20,000 nt of DNA from IMG/VR virus record IMGVR_UViG_3300031760_000031; one strand, written 5' to 3'. Origin of the DNA: an uncultured virus (IMG/VR IMGVR_UViG_3300031760_000031) (lineage: Duplodnaviria > Heunggongvirae > Uroviricota > Caudoviricetes). The notes beneath the pieces are model-generated. The model was given only the letters and a program-made list of their open reading frames with translations, did no database searches and was not told the origin of the DNA. The position numbers and the translations under genes were made by a program. Below, in pieces: positions 15,364-20,000 of this stretch; the stretch's first letter is position 1; each line of letters opens with the position of its first letter.

Positions 15364-18345
15364 TTACTCATTTCCTTTTAATGCTTTTGAAATTGTACTA
15401 GCAGACATTCCTAATGCTGCAGCAATTTCTGCGTTTGTTTTTCCGCTTTGAGACATTGCTTTAGCTCTACTTATCATTGCTGGTGTCATTGTTTTTCTTG
15501 AACTCGGAGTAGCTCTATCCCTTAGTGCATCCGTATCCGTATGGTCCAGAACTTTTCTTAAAGTGTTTGCATGGATCGCACCAGCCTGAATTGCTTCCCA
15601 CATTTTATCCGTGATTACAATCTCATTCCTCTGAGCCCCTACTCTCGTCCGGGCCTTAGTCAACTCTACCTGTCTAAGTTTCTTCTTGTCTTCCTTCTTT
15701 ATTGATGGATTACTTTGAACCTTAGCTTTAAATTCTAGTGTTGCGATAACTTGAGCTTGTCTTTCTCTAGGCTTATTTTTTGTGGAGAGGTCCAGTTGGT
15801 TCTGTATCTCTGTTACCTCTTTAGCATAGGTTTTTGCTGCTTTACTACTATACTCTATGCCTTTGGTATCATAACTTAATTTTCTTGCCTGATTAGCCAT
15901 CGCCTTCATAGTATTTGCATAGGAGGCATATAGTTGTTCCATTGGACTGTTGTAATCTGAGATAAGAGTTCTTGCATCATCTGTTTCTGCCATCTTGGTC
16001 GATTGCGTTTTACGAACTTTCTCAACTACAGTAGTTACACCGGTTTTCTTATTGGTTTTTTCAACAGTGTAATAAGCTTTTGGATCAGTCTTATAAAGCA
16101 ATGCACCTTCTGGCTTTGTTGGATCATAATCAGAACGACCTTTAATATTAATTCTTGGTTGTCCTTTTCTCCTTGGCACATCTTCTTCCGATTTAGCCAT
16201 TGAGATCAACGTAGATGCGCCCATTGATTCTTTGCCGTCTTTTGTTATATGAAGCTGGTATTTTCTTTTGAGCTTTTCAATCTCGTTTTGTGCATAACTA
16301 GACTGGTAATCAAGTTTATGCTTTTCAGCATCAATAACAACCATTGAATGGCGAACTGCTTGCGCAAGTTCATCTTCGCTGGCACCTTTAATTGTCATGT
16401 CTGAGATCAAGTTAGAAATTCTACCCATTTCATTCTGAGTGTTCTTCATAACTTTAAATTCAAGACCTGCTTTATTAAAGTAATGCTTATCACCATTTTT
16501 ATCTTCGTAAGTCTTACTTGGATCACAACCATATTTTTCTTTTGGATCAAATCCTTCAAGACCCTTTAATGATTTGCCATTGTTGTTCTTAATCCTTATA
16601 GTGCTGTTTGTTGGAATAACCATAACTGTATCGCCATCAAAATCAGCTCCAGAAAGTTTTTCCGCAACAGATGCATTAATGCCAACAGCATCTCTAGAAT
16701 TCTTTCCAATCATGGCAATGCCATCTTTTTGCTTATTGTTAACAGTTAAAATTGGAATTTCAAATTGGCCACCATGAGGATAACGAACTAAAGCAACTTG
16801 CTCACCATCTTTATAATTTGGAGCATAAATTTCGTTATTTTTCATTGATGGTATTGGAAGAATTACCTGAAATTTTTGTCTTGGTAGAGCAGCAGCGGTT
16901 AAATGAACTGCAGATGAATCACAGTCGCTGGCAAAAGAGTCAAGATAGTATTTCTTGATTGTATTATTCTCAAGGCTCATAATATCTTTTAGCTCTTGCT
17001 GCTTTTCAAGAATGGCTAAATTTAACTGTCTCTTAGCAAGCTGTACGCTTTGTTTTGATAAGAACTGCGCAGAAAGAGTATCCTTCCAGTTGTCCCAGTC
17101 ACCTTCATCCGCTCTTCGATTTAAAAGATTCAGATGCCGATTTCCATCCTTATCATAATAGTAAGTTTGTCCACCTTGCTCTTTATCTTTTATTAACGAA
17201 CCAAACGGATTATCGCGGTCAATTTCTTTTGTAATTTTATCTCTCTTTACGTCTTTTAATACTTCAAGTTTAGGAACATCTCTATGTTTATTGGTATTAA
17301 ATATAACGTCTATACCAGGAGGAAATGAGCTTTGATCAATGGCATAAGCAGCCATACCCTTGATATATTTTTCGTCATCAACAAGAATCCTTACTTGAGC
17401 ATAATTCTTTTCACCAAGAGAGAGATCCGGTACATTCCTACGGAGTTCTATCAAACCATCTTTATCTTTTCCACCATCTTCAGCATAACGAATCATTAGC
17501 CTACTCGAATCCATAGATTCTGGATATTCGAATTTCTTCTTAAAACCATCAATACCATTGTTGATGGCTTCATAATCCTTTATTGCCTTTATATGTTCGT
17601 AAGTATAAAAATCTTTCCAAGTAGCATCAGGCATAGCTACAACATTCATTGTTGTCTGTCTTGATCCGCTTGGATCTGTAATGTTAGGAACTCTTCCTCC
17701 AAACGTTTTATAACCTTCACCTTCAAGAATATAAACTGCATCGTCAAGTTTAGTTCTTGTAACATTAAGTTCTGTTTCTACGCCAGGACCAATATCAATC
17801 ATAGCCTTTGGATCATCTTTGGCTAGTTCGTTAAGGCGCTCTTTTAAAAAATCGGCGGTCTTTAAAGTTACTTCAATATTTGCTTTTCTTGATGGATTTA
17901 ATAACGATCTAACACTAGACTCATTTTGTAAACCCATCTTTCTAGCAATCTCAGAAGGACCATAACCAGCATCTCGAAGTGCTTCTGCACGATTAATCTT
18001 ATCCATTCTATCGAGATTTGAAGCAAGAGTAATTGCATGACGATATTCTGTAGTAGACATTTTTAATATCTTTGCTACAGCTGTCTCACCTTTAAATGTT
18101 TTACCATAATCCGGATTCTTGATCTTTTCGCCATTCTTAATAATGTATTCTTCATTATCTGTGTAAGTTGGTTTCTGTTTTCTTAACTGCGCTACAAAAG
18201 AGAGAAAGTCTCCAGAATGTTGAAATGGTGAATCTCCAGATCCCCAAGGATATCTTCCAGAACCAGGAGTTCCTTTAATATGGTCTGTTCCATAATGCAT
18301 TAAAAAATCGTCAAGTGACGGTTTCTCATTAATCATAAATATCAA
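15364..18345 (-). CDS. Single-subunit two-barrel (DPBB) RNA polymerase, QDE-1/YonO-like, with N- and C-terminal HTH motifs
   Basis: Catalytic-type LSGADFDGDTVMV (DFDGD at 16630-16644), upstream ALVRYPH and YAQVRI...YIKGMA (compare QIR..KG, RNP and DxDGD in cellular RdRP-family enzymes), and downstream MGRISN and VIDAEKH. Start is TTG 18345 or ATG 18336. Confidence 0.8.
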   Translation of the reverse strand: MIFMINEKPSLDDFLMHYGTDHIKGTPGSGRYPWGSGDSPFQHSGDFLSFVAQLRKQKPTYTDNEEYIIKNGEKIKNPDYGKTFKGETAVAKILKMSTTEYRHAITLASNLDRMDKINRAEALRDAGYGPSEIARKMGLQNESSVRSLLNPSRKANIEVTLKTADFLKERLNELAKDDPKAMIDIGPGVETELNVTRTKLDDAVYILEGEGYKTFGGRVPNITDPSGSRQTTMNVVAMPDATWKDFYTYEHIKAIKDYEAINNGIDGFKKKFEYPESMDSSRLMIRYAEDGGKDKDGLIELRRNVPDLSLGEKNYAQVRILVDDEKYIKGMAAYAIDQSSFPPGIDVIFNTNKHRDVPKLEVLKDVKRDKITKEIDRDNPFGSLIKDKEQGGQTYYYDKDGNRHLNLLNRRADEGDWDNWKDTLSAQFLSKQSVQLAKRQLNLAILEKQQELKDIMSLENNTIKKYYLDSFASDCDSSAVHLTAAALPRQKFQVILPIPSMKNNEIYAPNYKDGEQVALVRYPHGGQFEIPILTVNNKQKDGIAMIGKNSRDAVGINASVAEKLSGADFDGDTVMVIPTNSTIRIKNNNGKSLKGLEGFDPKEKYGCDPSKTYEDKNGDKHYFNKAGLEFKVMKNTQNEMGRISNLISDMTIKGASEDELAQAVRHSMVVIDAEKHKLDYQSSYAQNEIEKLKRKYQLHITKDGKESMGASTLISMAKSEEDVPRRKGQPRINIKGRSDYDPTKPEGALLYKTDPKAYYTVEKTNKKTGVTTVVEKVRKTQSTKMAETDDARTLISDYNSPMEQLYASYANTMKAMANQARKLSYDTKGIEYSSKAAKTYAKEVTEIQNQLDLSTKNKPRERQAQVIATLEFKAKVQSNPSIKKEDKKKLRQVELTKARTRVGAQRNEIVITDKMWEAIQAGAIHANTLRKVLDHTDTDALRDRATPSSRKTMTPAMISRAKAMSQSGKTNAEIAAALGMSASTISKALKGNE

Positions 18346-18923
18346 TTAACTCCTTCCTGTTCTTTCACATCATCGAGAATCTTACTGAAACGAATAATTA
18401 AATCCATAACCGGTAATATCTCTTCTGGTTTCGGATTATAAAAAAGAACTTCGTTTCCTTGATAGATTCGAAGTTCCATATCAATCTCACCAGGTTTAAA
18501 TCCATACTCCAAACAGAATAAAGCAGCATAAACTAATAGCTGATCTATCTTTGCTGGAATTTCACCAGTCTTTAAGTCATGGATTCGTAATATCATTCGA
18601 TCTGTGCCGCGCTGTTTGCCAAAGTAAATAGCATCAGCAGTGCCGTAACAATTAATCGAATAGAATAAAAGTACTTCCGAGTCCATACCATAGCCAATAG
18701 CATCATTAACAAAAGCATTTAAAGCTTTATTGGATTTTGGAAGTCTTTGCCTCAACTTGATGCATCTAGAAGCAAAGTCATGAAGCTCTGTCCCTTTCGC
18801 AGCAGCAAGCTTACTCTTAAATACAGATATCAATTTTTCATCTGTATAATTCAGCCAATGATAACTGGATGCACTCAAAAAAGCATGTGTGCCTTCAATC
18901 GCGGAATGCTGATTCCATTTCAT
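18342..18923 (-). CDS. PD-(D/E)XK (Cas4/RecB-like) exonuclease
   Basis: Motifs HAFLSAS, GTELH, E..L, GTADAI, IHDLKTG and QLLVYA match the RecB-family nuclease pattern. Confidence 0.78.
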   Translation of the reverse strand: MKWNQHSAIEGTHAFLSASSYHWLNYTDEKLISVFKSKLAAAKGTELHDFASRCIKLRQRLPKSNKALNAFVNDAIGYGMDSEVLLFYSINCYGTADAIYFGKQRGTDRMILRIHDLKTGEIPAKIDQLLVYAALFCLEYGFKPGEIDMELRIYQGNEVLFYNPKPEEILPVMDLIIRFSKILDDVKEQEGVN

Positions 18924-19215
18924 TTAAAACACTCTCCTTATTCTCCGGATAAATAAATCTGGCAAAAGACATATTATTCATGAGCTTTACTCTATAGTCC
19001 TGGTTCGGACGATGCGGTGCATGCGCAGAACGTTTTACTTCTAATGCTGCCCAATGTTTTCCGAACAAAACTAAAAGATCAGGAACACCTTGAATCAAAC
19101 GAGCATCAAGCTTAATTACAAAGCACCCTTTGAATCGTTCCTTAATATCTTTTACTAGATTTCTTTGAAAGTTCCTTTCTAAAGTATCAATACGATTATT
19201 CTTTCTCTTTGCCAT
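18895..19215 (-). CDS. VRR-NUC / Holliday-junction-resolvase-like nuclease
   Basis: Motifs E..FQ..L, GVPDLLVL, AALEVKRS and RPNQ. AAAGGAG RBS precedes ATG 19215. Confidence 0.75.
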   Translation of the reverse strand: MAKRKNNRIDTLERNFQRNLVKDIKERFKGCFVIKLDARLIQGVPDLLVLFGKHWAALEVKRSAHAPHRPNQDYRVKLMNNMSFARFIYPENKESVLNEMESAFRD

Positions 19216-19435
19216 GTTGTTCACTCTCCTTTAAACCTGACAAAACAAAAAATAAAAGGAGAATGCGATAAGCCAGCACAAACATACAAAAGTCGGCCTT
19301 TTATCATTTCTCCTTCATAACAGGGCATGGAATTTACGCGAAGAGATTTTTAGTCAAAATATCTTTTACTGAGTTCAGATAACCTATTAAAACTCGAAAG
19401 CAAAACTGCCATCAAAATCGGTCAAAAATATACTC

Positions 19436-19700
19436 TGCACAAATTCACAAAAATTTTCTTATATTTATATATATATTATTTTTTCTTTTCGCATTAATTA
19501 ATAAAAATTTTTGTGTTTTTGTGCAAAATGCTCTAAAAGCCTTTAAAATAAGGCTTTTTCGTTACACAAAAATTTTTTATTTTTGTGCAAAATCACAAAA
19601 ATTTTGTGAAATTTTCAAAAATTCAACTTCAAAAATTTTAATTTCCAAAATATTTTTGTGCAGAACACAATTTTTGTGCATAAATTTGTGCAAGAATTTT
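19436..19700. repeat. Iteron-like TTTGTGCA repeats with an inverted repeat flanking an AT-rich core (candidate replication origin)
   Basis: TTTGTGCA occurs at 19518, 19582, 19655, 19673 and 19685, and inverted at 19436. The 23-bp IR arms (19436-19458 and 19503-19525, 20/23 match) enclose an almost pure A/T tract. Confidence 0.65.
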
Positions 19701-19766
19701 ACCTAATTTTCTTGAAAATTTATGGCTAAAAATCGCAAAAGAAAGAGTCAATGCTCTTTCTACGGT

Positions 19767-20000
19767 TTAATATCCAAGGCTTCGAATCCATTTCGCAAAG
19801 GCTTTTGGATTCCAATAAGTTTCATCCACATAGCCAAGATTATTCTTCATGAACCACTCGAAACATTCACGAAGAGTGATCTTATTTTGCTTGAATTCCC
19901 TGAATATCTTTTGATCGTAGGTAACAGCACTTGACCCTTTCTTCAATACCTCTGCGTAATTAGGCATAAAGTTAGTATAGCTTTCTATTTTGCCTTCAGA
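19767..20000 (-). CDS. Hypothetical protein (probably 5'-truncated by the window edge)
   Basis: The frame of the 66-aa track ORF stays open to position 20000 (SEGKIESYTNF-MPNY...), and there is no good RBS before ATG 19967. Confidence 0.55.
   Translation of the reverse strand, partial: SEGKIESYTNFMPNYAEVLKKGSSAVTYDQKIFREFKQNKITLRECFEWFMKNNLGYVDETYWNPKAFAKWIRSLGY

Noticed and set aside
15364..18345. True RNA-dependent RNA polymerase or host beta-prime subunit
   Set aside because: The dsDNA phage context and HTH domains favour a DNA template. It lacks the NADFDGD context and the size of beta-prime. Template specificity still needs testing.
18342..18923. CRISPR-Cas locus suggested by the Cas4-like nuclease
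   Set aside because: No repeat-spacer array or other cas genes, and no Cas4 Fe-S cysteine cluster. Stand-alone PD-(D/E)XK nucleases are common in phages.
16003..18956. Plus-strand ORFs inside the RNAP and nuclease genes
   Set aside because: Short antisense shadows without RBS or motifs.
19436..19700. CRISPR array, or ORFs 19521-19706 and 19722-19934
   Set aside because: Repeats are only 8-12 bp, irregularly spaced and in both orientations. The first ORF is low-complexity and the second is an antisense shadow of the 19767-20000 gene.

Overview
Genome segment of a tailed dsDNA phage or prophage (siphovirus-like, AT-rich). Strong GGAGG ribosome-binding sites suggest a Firmicutes-type host, which is inference. 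Almost all genes are on the minus strand. In transcription order (right to left): a partial hypothetical gene; an iteron/inverted-repeat AT-rich element (origin-like); a VRR-NUC-like nuclease; a PD-(D/E)XK exonuclease; a ~990-aa single-subunit two-barrel RNA polymerase candidate (QVR..KG, RYPH and ADFDGD motifs, two HTHs) with a small partner gene; a GC-rich palindromic cos-like site; putative small terminase, HNH, head-tail connector and large terminase; one opposite-strand Zn-ribbon membrane gene; a cassette of basic proteins with N-terminal (L/F/M)-x-H leaders, including a papain-fold (Cys-His-Asp) toxin followed by a candidate immunity gene; portal; protease-scaffold-capsid fusion; head-tail and tail genes; and the 5' part of the tape measure gene. 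Main hypothesis: the [L/M]-x-H motif is repeated seven times in the protease-capsid linker and also occurs at the N-termini of the portal, the cassette proteins, the toxin and the RNAP. This points to a His-directed prohead-protease processing or packaging tag that loads a modular cargo (RNAP, toxin, DNA-binding proteins) into the virion for co-injection.
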